Source: Pelagomonas calceolata
Taxonomy: Eukaryota
Direction: 5' to 3'
DNA length: 64,000 bases
Assembly: GCA_918797485.1 (NCBI GenBank)
Contig: CAKKNE010000002.1
Span: 248,001-312,000, forward strand
The notes under the pieces were generated by a model that ran no database searches, was not told where the DNA came from, and was given only the letters and a program-made list of their open reading frames with translations. The translations under genes and the position numbers were made by a program. Positions within the stretch are counted from its first letter, which is position 1. Each line of letters opens with the position of its first letter. Below, piece after piece: positions 52,443 to 62,044 of the stretch.

Positions 52443-54809
52443 ATGGCCGACGTCAAGGAACTCTTCGAGACCTTCGACGCGGACGGCTCCGGCCGCATCT
52501 CGACGCAAGAAGTCGCCGGCCTCCTGGCCAAGCTCGGCGCCCCGAAGCCCGCGGCCGCGGTGGCCGCGCTCGTGGCCCAGGTCGACACCGACGGCGACGG
52601 CGAGGTGTCGTACGCCGAGTTCGAGGCCATGCTCAGGTCGCAGGCGGACCTCGCGCACATCGTCCAGGACAAGCGCCAGGCCATCAAGCAGCTGCACGTG
52701 CGCCAGGGCGCGGGCAACTCGCAGCACTCCTTCTCCTCCGAGGAGGCCGAGGCCTTCACCGAGGTCCTGAACTCGCGCCTCGGCGGCGACGCCGCGCTCG
52801 CTTCGGTCCTGCCGCTGGCCCAGGACGCGGCGGACCCGCCGCTCTTCGCCGCGTGCGCCGACGGCGTGCTCCTGTGCAAGCTCGTGGCGCTGATCGACGG
52901 CGACGCCGTGGACCTGCGGGCCGTGAACATGGGCGCGCTCGGCCGCGCCGCGGACCGAAAGGCCACGTTCAAGGTCGTGGAGAACTGCAACCTGGCGATC
53001 AACGCGGCCAAGGACGTTGGCTGCCGCGTGACGAACATCGGCCCGCGCGACATCATGACCGCGCGGCCGCACCTCGTGCTCGGGCTGCTCTGGCAGGCTA
53101 TCCGGCTGCTGCTGACGCAGAAGATCTCGCTCAAGGAGCACCCGGGCCTCGTGGCGCTGCTCGAGGGCGACGAGACGCTCCAGCAGCTCCTGGCGCTGCC
53201 GCCCGAGCGAATCCTCGTGCGCTGGCTCAACTACCACCTCGCGCGCGCCGGGTCCGCGCGCCGCGTCGCGGGCTTCGGCCGCGACCTCATGGACTCGGAG
53301 GTCTACGCCGTGGTCATGCAGCAGCTCTACGGCGCCGAGGTCCAGCCCGTGGACCTGACGACGCCGGACCTCGAGGCGCGCGCGGCGCGGGTCCTCGCGA
53401 ACGCGGCGGCCGTCGGCGTGGCGCCGTTCATCAAGCCCCGCGACGTCGCGGCGGGCAACGCCAAGCTGAACCTGGCCTTCGTGGCGCAGCTCTTCAACGA
53501 CCGCCCGGGCCTCGAGGTCGTCGCGGACGAGGCCGTCGCGCGCGAGCTCGCCGGGCTCGACCTCGACGACGCGGGCGACACGCGCGAGGCGCGCACCTTC
53601 AAGCTCTGGATGAACTCGCTCGAGGCGTGGGCCGGGCCCGACGCGACGGACGCGGTGCAGATCCGCGACCTCTTCGCCGAGTGCCGCGACGGCGTGCCGC
53701 TCCTGGCGACGATGGACGCCGTCCGGCCCGGCTGCGTGCCCTGGAAGAAGGTCCGGCTCGCGCCGAAGAACCGGCACCACGTCGTCGAGAACGGCAACCG
53801 CGTCGTCGCCGTCGGCCGCGGCCTCGACCTCGTGCTCGTGAACATCGGCGGCGTCGACATCGCCGACGGCAACAAGAAGCTCATCCTCGCGGTCGTCTGG
53901 CAGCTCATGCGTTAGCAGACCGTCGACATGCTCAAGCAGCTCAAGGGCGACGGCACGGCCGTCGACGAGGCGGACCTCGTCGCGTGGGCCAACGCCAAGG
54001 TCGCGGCCTTCGCCGGGGCGACGCAGCCGCCCATCCGGTCGCTCAACGACAAGAAGCTGGCGACGGGCCGCTTCTGCGTCGAGCTCTGCGCCGCCGTCGG
54101 CGGCGACGTCGTCGACTGGGACCTCGTGACGCCGGGCGCGACGGACGAGGACCGGGCCCTCAACGCCAAGTACGCGCTCTCCATCGCGCGCAAGGTCGGC
54201 GCGCGCGTCTTCTGCACGCCCGACGACATCGTCGAGGTCAAGCCGAAGATGATCCTCCTCTTCATCGCGGCCCTCTGGCAGGCGGAGCTCTCGGGCGCCA
54301 CGCGCCCGTCGCTCGGGTCCGAGCCCACGCGCTCCACGCCGGCGTCGCCGCCGCAGCTCGTCGCGAAGACGCCCGTCCAGCCGCCCGCGGCGACGTCGTG
54401 GATCAAGCCCAAGCCGCCGAGCCAGCCCAAGCCGGCCGCCCCGGCGCCGCCGCCGCTCGGCGCGCGCGCCGCGGCGCCGCCGCCGCCCGTGCCCCGGCGC
54501 GCGCCCCCTCCGGCGCCGCAGCGCACGGCGCCGCCGCCCGTGCCGCAGCGAGCCGCGGCGCCCGCGCCGCCGCGCCCGGCCGCCTCGTCGGGGCGCAAGC
54601 CCCTCCCGCCCCGCAAGCCCGGCGACTGCGCGGGCGTTTCCCGAGCTCCGCCGCCCCCGAAGCCGGCCACGACCTTCAACGACGACGACGAGCACGTCGT
54701 CAAGTACGCGGCGCCGGCGCCGGCCGCGTATGGCTTCAAGAGCGTCAACGGCACCGGCGAGACGGGCGCGGTCGAGTCGAACGACGTGGACGAGGACGAG
54801 TGGAACTGA
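52443..54809 (+). CDS. Fimbrin/plastin (2 EF hands, 4 CH domains, proline-rich and acidic tail) with an in-frame TAG at 53913-53915
   Basis: DADGSGRIS, DTDGDGEVS, HSFSSEE, DGVLLCKL, PHLVLGLLWQ, PERILVRWLNYHL, NAKLNLAFVAQLFN, KKLILAVVWQLMR*QT..NAKYALSIARKVGA..DIVEVKPKMI. Confidence 0.92.
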
Positions 54810-54896
54810 GTGCGCGCGTCCCCTGTGCCTCTGTGTAACAGCCACCAAGGGCTATCCTATATCTATCACAAAGCTTACACACTACTACTAGGCCTT

Positions 54897-55043
54897 CATC
54901 GTCCGCGCTTCGGGCACGCTTGTAGGCGAGCTGCGCCGCTTTGGAGCCAGCACTACGCATGCATCGTCCGCGCCTCGTTCCACGTCGTCAGGCCGCGCTT
55001 CGGGCAGACGTCCCGCTTGTAGGCGAGCTGCGCCGCTTGCAGC
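54897..55043. repeat. Partial, internally deleted duplication of the glycosyltransferase 3' end
   Basis: ccgcgcttcgggca and cgcttgtaggcgagctgcgccgctt occur at about 54903-54941 and again at about 54993-55038. Confidence 0.8.
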
Positions 55044-56386
55044 CGCGGCAGGACGTTGCAGAGGACGTACGCGTTGCGGACGGCTTCCCGGCTCCCGGCA
55101 CCGATAGCCGCGGCGGCCGCCTTGCCGGCGTCGAAGGCGAAGACGCCTCCATCACACGAGAAGGCGTTGTGCGGCACGGAATGCTTGCCGAACTTCTGAC
55201 CACCCGCCGGGTACCGCTGGCAGAAGTGCACCACAGCGGGCGCCGCCGGACCCGGCGGGTGGATATCGTTCGAGAAGGGCAGCGACGGATCGAAGCGCGT
55301 CGCCAGCGGCGGCGTACTGTCCGCGGCGCCGCCGCAGATCTGCTCCCGCGGTACGCTGTCGACCCAATCCCAGCCCTCGCCGCCGGCCTGGGCGTTCGAT
55401 ACCATGAGGTGGTGGACCTGGGCGTGCGGCAACGACAAGTTCGCCGCAGCCATGCTGTAACCATACATCTCGGCCAACAAGTACGGATACTGCGCGTGCA
55501 CGTCGGGCACGGCCCGCAGCCACGCCTTCGCGAGCGGCACCGCGTCGCGCGCGTGGATCACGTAGGGCGGGCCGACGGCGTAGGACTGCGCCGCCTCGCG
55601 GACCGTCGTGCGGGAACAGGGGCCGTCGCCGCAAACTCGACCGCGGTCGAAGCTGCGCCACGACTTGCCCGCGGTGGGCTTCCCAGCATCCCCCCAGGCG
55701 CCGCCTAGCCCATACTCCTGGCCGGCGGCGACGCCGGGCGCGACGCGCTCCGCGATCCCGTCCAAGTTGTGGCCGAGGACGCGCGGGACGCCGTCGGCGT
55801 CCACGAGTTCGCCCTTGCGCGGCGACGGCCGCAGGCCCGCTCCCAGCGCCGCGGTGATCGGCCGCAGCAGCATCTGGTCGGGATCGATCAACACGACGAT
55901 CCCGCGGGACGGGTCCACGAAGGGCGGCGGGCGGGCCGTCGTGAGCCAGTGATACAGGCCAGACGGCTTGTTGGAATACTTGTACGTGCCGCCGCGAAGA
56001 GCGCCCGCGGGAGCAAAGTGGGCGCGAAACGTGCCCGTGGGGTCGATCTCGAGCCACTCCGCCGCGACTTTGCGCGCCTCCTCCGCGGCGCAGCCGCTCG
56101 CGATGCGCGTCACCGGCCCGCGCTGCCCTACCGCCCGCGCCGAGTACCAGACGTTGATCGACTGCCAGTGCTGGTACGGCGAGCAGTCGGTGCTGAAGAC
56201 GACGTGGACCTCGGTCTCGCCCGCGGCGAGAACGTATGGTGCCTCCGGCACCGCCGGTTTCTCGTGCATTGCCCGTAGCGCCGCGAGATGCACGAGCGCG
56301 AGCAGGCCCGTCGCAGAGAGCGCGCAGCAGAGCACGCAACTCTGCAGCCGTGGCCGGCGCCGGTTGCGGCCGCTGGTGCGGCGCAT
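54953..56386 (-). CDS. Peptidyl-serine alpha-galactosyltransferase / HPAT-like type II membrane glycosyltransferase
   Basis: TM anchor; HVVFSTDCSPYQHWQS, GPVTRIASGC, YSNKPSGL, LIDPDQ, VGPPY, LLAEMYGYSMAAA, VVHFCQRY. Confidence 0.88.
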   Translation of the reverse strand: MRRTSGRNRRRPRLQSCVLCCALSATGLLALVHLAALRAMHEKPAVPEAPYVLAAGETEVHVVFSTDCSPYQHWQSINVWYSARAVGQRGPVTRIASGCAAEEARKVAAEWLEIDPTGTFRAHFAPAGALRGGTYKYSNKPSGLYHWLTTARPPPFVDPSRGIVVLIDPDQMLLRPITAALGAGLRPSPRKGELVDADGVPRVLGHNLDGIAERVAPGVAAGQEYGLGGAWGDAGKPTAGKSWRSFDRGRVCGDGPCSRTTVREAAQSYAVGPPYVIHARDAVPLAKAWLRAVPDVHAQYPYLLAEMYGYSMAAANLSLPHAQVHHLMVSNAQAGGEGWDWVDSVPREQICGGAADSTPPLATRFDPSLPFSNDIHPPGPAAPAVVHFCQRYPAGGQKFGKHSVPHNAFSCDGGVFAFDAGKAAAAAIGAGSREAVRNAYVLCNVLPRLQAAQLAYKRDVCPKRGLTTWNEARTMHA

Positions 56387-56807
56387 CAGTGTATATTGCT
56401 GCTGCTAGACGTGCTGCAGGCTGTGCAGCCGAGTTTCTTGCTGCTACTAGGCTGTTGGCAGCTTAAAAAAAAACCAAGCACTGCATGCAGCGCGCACAGT
56501 GAAAGAAAGCATGCGAGACAAAAAATATGCCTGGGCACAGAGAAAAGCGTTTTAATCGGGTTTTATACTGGCCCTTTCTTCTCTTTCTTTTCTACGAGTC
56601 TAGTCGGGCTCTCAAAGGACGTCTCGTTTCGGGGTAGGAAGTTTGGCGGGAGAGCGATTTTGCCTTTTGGCATTGGGCTGTAGGATTCCACAGCTCGACT
56701 GGCAGACCGAGCCACTGTAGCAACGCGCCGGATCGTTTTGGCACACGTTTGCGCGAGCCTGAGCCAAACGGCGAAACAGCAACGGAGAAACTGGGCTGTA
56801 ACACACC

Positions 56808-59000
56808 ATGCAGCAGCTTGCTCTCCTTGTTGCTGCCTCGGCGGCGGCGGCCTTCGCGCCGACGCCAAACCAACGCATAGACACCCGCCTACACTTCAAT
56901 TTCGGCAACTTCGGCGGCAAGAAGGTCGATGAGAAGGAGGCCGTGAAGCTCGCCGAGACGGTCGACGTCGTCGGCGCGCTCCCGACGGAGATGGCGGGCC
57001 TCACGCCGGAGCTCGACGGCTTGCGCAAGGCGAATGCCTTGTTTAATCAGGGGCTTATTAGTATGGACGAGATCGACGAGTACGCAGACACGCTCGCCGC
57101 GGCGAAGCGGAAGGAGGTCGCGGAGAAGGAGCGCGACGCGCGCGAGGCGGCCGAGCGCGAGGCCCGGGCGCGCGAGCGGACGCGCGCGGCCGCCCGCGCG
57201 GCGACGGGCGCCGTCGGCGGCCTCGTGGGCTTCGTGGGCCGCGGCGCGGGAATCAAATCGTCGCGGCGCGGCTCGGTTCCGCCAGCACGGGCGCGAGAAC
57301 GCGTGCCCCCGACTCGCTGATGGCGCGTCCGGCGTGGCGGTGTGGTCTCCCACCGCTCGGCTCCGCCAGCACGGGAGAACGCGTACCTAACTCACCGATT
57401 GATGTGCGCACAGGTGGGCCGGGGCCTCGCGGGCGCGGCGGGCGCGGCGGCGGGCGCGGCGGTCGAGGGCGCCAAGGGCGCCGCGGTCGCGGCCGCGACG
57501 GGCGCCGTCGAGGGCGTCAAGGCCGGGACCATCGCCGTCGGCAAGGGCGTCGTGGACGTGACCATCGTGCGGCCGGCCAAGGCCGTGGGCGACGCCGCGC
57601 TCAACGTCGCGACGGCGCCGGTGCGCGCCGCCGAGGCCGCCGCGCAGAAGGCGGCGGCGGCGCCCGGCGAGGCGGCGGCGCGCCTCCGGGCCGAGGCCGA
57701 CGCCGCGCGCGCGGCCGCGGACGCGGCGGCCGCGAAGGCGAGCGCCGACGCGCAGGAGGCGGCGCGGCTCCGGCGCGAGGAGCTCGAGCGCGAGGCGACG
57801 GCGCGCGTCGACGACGTCAAGGCCCGCGTCGCGGCGGTCCAGGACGCCGTCGCGACCGCGCCGGACCGCGTCCGCGACGCGACGACGACGGCCGGCCGCG
57901 CCGCGGCGACGCTGCTCCGCGGCGCGGCCGCGAACGTCGCGGCCGTCGGCGCCGAGGACGCCGCGGCCGAGGCGCGCGCGGCGACCGTCGACATGCCGGC
58001 GCCGCCGCCGACGGCCGGCGAGTGGCGCGCGGCCTGCGACGCGGCCGTCGTGTCGCACTACGACTTTGGCGTGCGCGCGACGGAGGCCGCGCGGCGCGCG
58101 CAGTTCACGGCGCAGGAGCCCGAGGACATCTTTGAGGGCCTCGCCGAGGACGACATGGGCGCGCGCTTCTCGGCCGTCGTCGTCCAGGCCTCGAAGAAGT
58201 TCGCGGCCGAGTTCCCGCCGCTCGCGCAGCGGACGGTGGCCACGACGCTGCGCGTTCCGCGGCGTCCCCTTGTTTGATACAAAACGCCGTCGCGCGTCGT
58301 TCCGAGGCGGGCCGGGACCCACGGCCCCGCGTCTATTTTAGCGCGACGGAGAGCGACCCCCGGGCCGCGCGCGCCGCGGTCGACCGAGACCGCCGGCCCG
58401 CGCGCCCCGGCACATGACGTAAACCGTCGCAGGTCGAACGCGACGGCGTCGTTCGAGGCGGCGGCGGCGCGCGAGGCCGTCGAGAAGACGGCCGCGGTCG
58501 CCGCGCGCGAGGCGATCCGCAAGAAGCGCGAGGACGACCTCAAGCGCCAGGACTTCAAGCTCGAGGAGACCGCGGCGACGGTCGAGCGCGAGGCGCTGCT
58601 CGCCGCGCGCAAGGTGCTCGCGATCCCCGACGACGAGTACTTCGGCGACGCGACCGCGCTCGCGGACCCCGCCACGGCCCAGGCCGTCGCGGACACGCTC
58701 AAGGCGCGCACGGACGCGCTGCGGGCGGAGCGCGACCGGCGGCTGCCAGCGCCGTCCGTGCGCGCGCCGAAGCGGCCGCCCGTCGCGCCGCTCCGGCCCC
58801 TCGACGACAAGGCGGCGACCGCGCGCACGGACGCGGCCGCCGCCGACGCGCTCGCGCGCGACCGCCTCGCGCGCGCCGCCGAGGCCCTCGTCGTCGACGC
58901 GGCCGTCGGCGACGAGGCGGAGCGCGAGCGCATCGTCGCCGCGCTCCAGGAGAAGCTCCTCTCGACGACGTCGGAGAAGTCCGCGAAACAGCGGGAGTGA
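56808..59000 (+). CDS. Plastid-targeted Ala-rich protein of unknown function, 3 exons (introns 57234-57413 and 58250-58432)
   Basis: MQQLALLVAASAAAA-FAPTP bipartite signal; three same-frame ORFs joined by two introns. Confidence 0.7.
57234..57413 (+). mobile_element. Introner intron (180 nt) with an internal ~30-bp duplication
   Basis: Perfect TSD GTGGGCCG; ends CGGCGCGGGAATCAA / TTGATGTGCGCACAG; gctcgg(t/c)tccgccagcacggg..gagaacgcgt occurs twice. Confidence 0.9.
58250..58432 (+). other. Ordinary GC-AG intron without introner TIR (183 nt)
   Basis: CT|GCGCGT ... CGCAG|G gives TTL-SNATASF and removes the stop at 58275-58277. Confidence 0.6.
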
Positions 59001-59211
59001 ATATTATGCTTGGCTCGGGGCCGCTCCTAAGGGTGGTCTCTTGCTTTTCGAACGGTCCTAGGGCGAGTGGACTTTACGCGTAGTAGGCGACTCGGACCCG
59101 CCTGGTCTCTGCTAGTACTCTTCCGACAGGGCATGCTTACTTGTGGCGCGGCGCCCACGCCCCCGGAGAGGAAGCGGTCGCGCGCGCGTCGGGGGCGGGT
59201 CTGTGATGCAC

Positions 59212-59275
59212 CTGCGCGCGACGTCGTCTCGGTGACTGCGTTTACACACTGGTTGATTTCCACACTGACCCGCGC
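59212..59275 (-). mobile_element. Orphan introner remnant in apparently intergenic DNA
   Basis: Minus strand reads GCGCGGGT-CAGTGTGGAAATCAACCAGTGTGT...CGCGCGCAG. Confidence 0.6.
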
Positions 59276-59761
59276 TCGCGCATGGTGGCTTGCGGGGGGT
59301 GCTTGCGAAGAGAGAGAGGAGGGAGGCGAAGGGATCCGAGGGTGAGTCGGACTTGACCTGCGGGCATACGCGTTTATTCCTCATCGACAGGCGAGCTCTA
59401 GATAGGCGAGGGCGTGCCGTTGTGAACGTGGCGTGGTGTGGCGTGGGTATGGGCCTCAGGCGCGCGCGCGCGGCCGTGTGTTTTGATTGGGGTGGCGGTT
59501 AATAGGCTTTGCTCCTTTGGTTGGACGAGGTACCGCCGGCCATGCGGCTCACGACCAATAGGGGTCAGTCTGAAGGCGAGGAGAGCGCGAGGCGACCGCG
59601 CGCGTTTCTCAGGCGCCGCAATTTGACCGTGTTTGTGAATTGCGCGGCAGGCCCAGACGGCGCAGGCGCGCCTCAAGCAAAGTACCACTCCCCACCCCTT
59701 ACACGTCTCTAGATTGCATCCAGGGGGAAAAAAGGGGGATCGTTTGCCGGTTTTCGTTTTG

Positions 59762-59783
59762 CTAGTGACTTACAGGCCGCTAG
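59762..59783. promoter_or_regulatory. CTAG-bounded upstream motif, copy 5
   Basis: CTAGTGACTTACAGGCCGCTAG, 66-87 nt upstream of the ABCD ATG; 20/22 identical to copy 1. Confidence 0.6.
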
Positions 59784-59848
59784 CTCAGCTTTTGCCGGCT
59801 CTCCCACCAAACCACGCACATCGGTAACAAAGCCTATAGGCAAAGCAT

Positions 59849-61994
59849 ATGCATCGTCCACTGATGCTGCTGGCCATAGCCATAGCTCTGCAGCACGCTA
59901 TCGCATTTGCACCGCCGCCGTATCGACCTGTGCCAGTGCCAACACGTGCGCCACAGGCTGCCAGCAGCCTCCGGCGCCTCAGGGCTGAACCGAGCAGCAG
60001 CAGCAGCGACAAAGATGCCCTGACGGTGGACGACAGCGCTCTGGGCGTCAACGCGACGATCCAAGAACGCCTCGACCTCTTCCGGCGGCTCGCGGTGCCG
60101 TACTTCCAGCAGGCCGAGGGCGCGAAGCTGCAGTTCGGCCTCCTGCTCATCCTCGTGCTCTGCCAGAGCGGCGTCTCGGTGATCTTTAGCTTCGTGGGCC
60201 GCGACTTCTACAGCGCGCTGTCGGCCAAGGACCTGGCCGTCTTCCAGGAGAAGACGGCCAACTACGCGGTGGGCCTCGCGGTCGCGACGCCGCTGACGGT
60301 GCTCTACAAGTTCCAGCGCCAGCGCCTGGCCCTGAGCTGGCGCCAGTGGATGACCAGCGAACTCGCGAAGCAGTACTACCAGGACCGCGCCTACTACCGC
60401 GTCGAGCTCGACCGCGACGCGAACGCCGGCGCGGAAATCTCACGTCGATCGCGTGGAGGTGACGCGGTCCCGCGCAGATCGACAACCCCGACCAGCGCCT
60501 GACCGAGGACGTCGCCGCCTTCACGAAGGTGTCGCTCGACTTCTTCATCACGGTGCTCACGGCGGTCATCGACCTCGCGAGCTTCTCGGGCATCCTCTAC
60601 TCGATCTACCCGAACCTCTTCTACGCCATCTTCGCCTACGCGACCTTCGGCTCGCTCACGACCGTGGCCCTGGGCAAGACGCGTCCCGCGCCGGCGTCCT
60701 TTTTTTCTTCTTCTCTTCTCGCGCGCGCGAACCGAGTCGCGGCCACCGCGCAGTCGTCGGCCAGAACGCGCAGCAGCTGCTCAAGGAGGCGGACCTGCGC
60801 TACAGCCTCGTGCGCCTGCGCGAGAACGCGGAGTCGATCGCGTTCTACGGCGGCGAGGCCCGCGAGGCCGAGGAGGTCGGCGCGCGCCTCGACCGCGCCG
60901 TGGCGAACAAGCGCGAGATCCTGGGCACGCAGCGGAACCTCGAGTTCTTCACGACGGCGTACACGTACCTCGTGCAGATCCTGCCCGTGCTCGTCGTCTC
61001 GCCGCTCTACTTCGCGGGCACGATCGAGCTCGGCGTCGTGACGCAGTCGGCGGCGGCGTGAAAATCAACGGCGCGTCGATGGCGTGGGACACGTTGGGTC
61101 GCGCACAGGTCGGCGGGCGCCTTCAACCACGTCCTCAACGACCTGAGTCTCATCGTGAACCAGTTCGAGGGCCTGTCGTCGTTCTCGGCGGGGCTCGGCC
61201 GCCTCGCGACGTTCGTCGAGCGCATGGAGAGCTACTGCGACGCGAGCGAGTGCGCGACGGACGCGAACGCGACCTTCGTGCTGCGGGACGAGCCGCGCGC
61301 CGCGCCGGCGCGCCGCGTCGAGGCGACCGAGGCGGCGGCCGCGGGCGGCTCCGTGCTCGCGATCGACGGCCTCCGCCTCGAGACGCCCGACGGCAACCGC
61401 GAGCTCTTCGGGGACCTCTCGCTCGAGGTCCGCGGCGGCGACCACCTGCTGGTGACGGGCGCGTCGGGCGCCGGCAAGTCGTCGCTGCTCCGCGCCGTCG
61501 CGGGCCTCTGGGACCGCGGCGAGGGCTCCGTCGTGCGCCCCCCGCGGAACGAGACCGTCTTCCTGCCGCAGCGGCCGTACGCGACGCTCGGCTCGCTGCG
61601 GCAGCAGCTCGTCTACCCGAAGACGGTCGCCGAGGCGGCCGCGCGCGACGAGGACCTGCGCGCCGCGCTCGAGACGTGCCGCCTCGGCCGCCTCGCGGCG
61701 TCGGACCTCGACACGGTGCGCGACTGGGGCGACGAGCTCTCGCTCGGCGAGCAGCAGCGCCTCGCCTTCGCGCGCGTGCTCGTCGCGCGGCCGCGGCTCT
61801 GCGTCCTCGACGAGGCGACGTCGGCGCTCGACCTGGCGAACGAGGCGGCCATGTACGGCGCGCTCGCCGCGGTCCCGGGCCTGACCTACGTCTCCGTGGG
61901 CCACCGGCCGAGCCTCGTCGACTTCCACGCGCGGCGCCTCGACGTCAAGGGCGGCGACCGCTTCGAGGTCCAAGAGCTGGCACGGAGCCGGTAG
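59849..61994 (+). CDS. ABC transporter subfamily D half-transporter, plastid-targeted, 4 exons
   Basis: AIA-FAP presequence; WRQWMT, IDNPDQRLTEDV, EADLRYSLVRLRENAESIAFYGGE, GASGAGKSS, LSLGEQQRLAFAR, LDEATSALD. Confidence 0.95.
60419..60477 (+). mobile_element. Decayed introner intron (59 nt, GC-AG)
   Basis: GC donor exactly 8 nt before the CGGCGCGGAAATC TIR remnant; 3' CCCGCGCAG; spliced DRD-IDNPDQR; TSD no longer recognisable. Confidence 0.78.
60683..60753 (+). other. Ordinary GT-AG intron (71 nt) with pyrimidine tract
   Basis: C|GTCCCG...CCGCGCAG|TC gives LGKT-LVGQNAQQL and joins the two frames. Confidence 0.75.
61046..61108 (+). mobile_element. Short introner intron (63 nt)
   Basis: Perfect TSD GTCGGCGG; ends CGGCGTGAAAATCAA / TTGGGTCGCGCACAG; spliced TQ-SAGAFNHV. 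Confidence 0.9.
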
Positions 61995-62044
61995 TCGGTA
62001 GTCCAGGTATAAAACTTCAAAGTTACACGCAGCACATACAAATA

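Noticed and set aside
53900..53920. Micro-intron removing the fimbrin TAG
   Set aside because: Candidate GT/GC..AG spans are under 20 nt, and longer ones would delete the conserved CH3 helix
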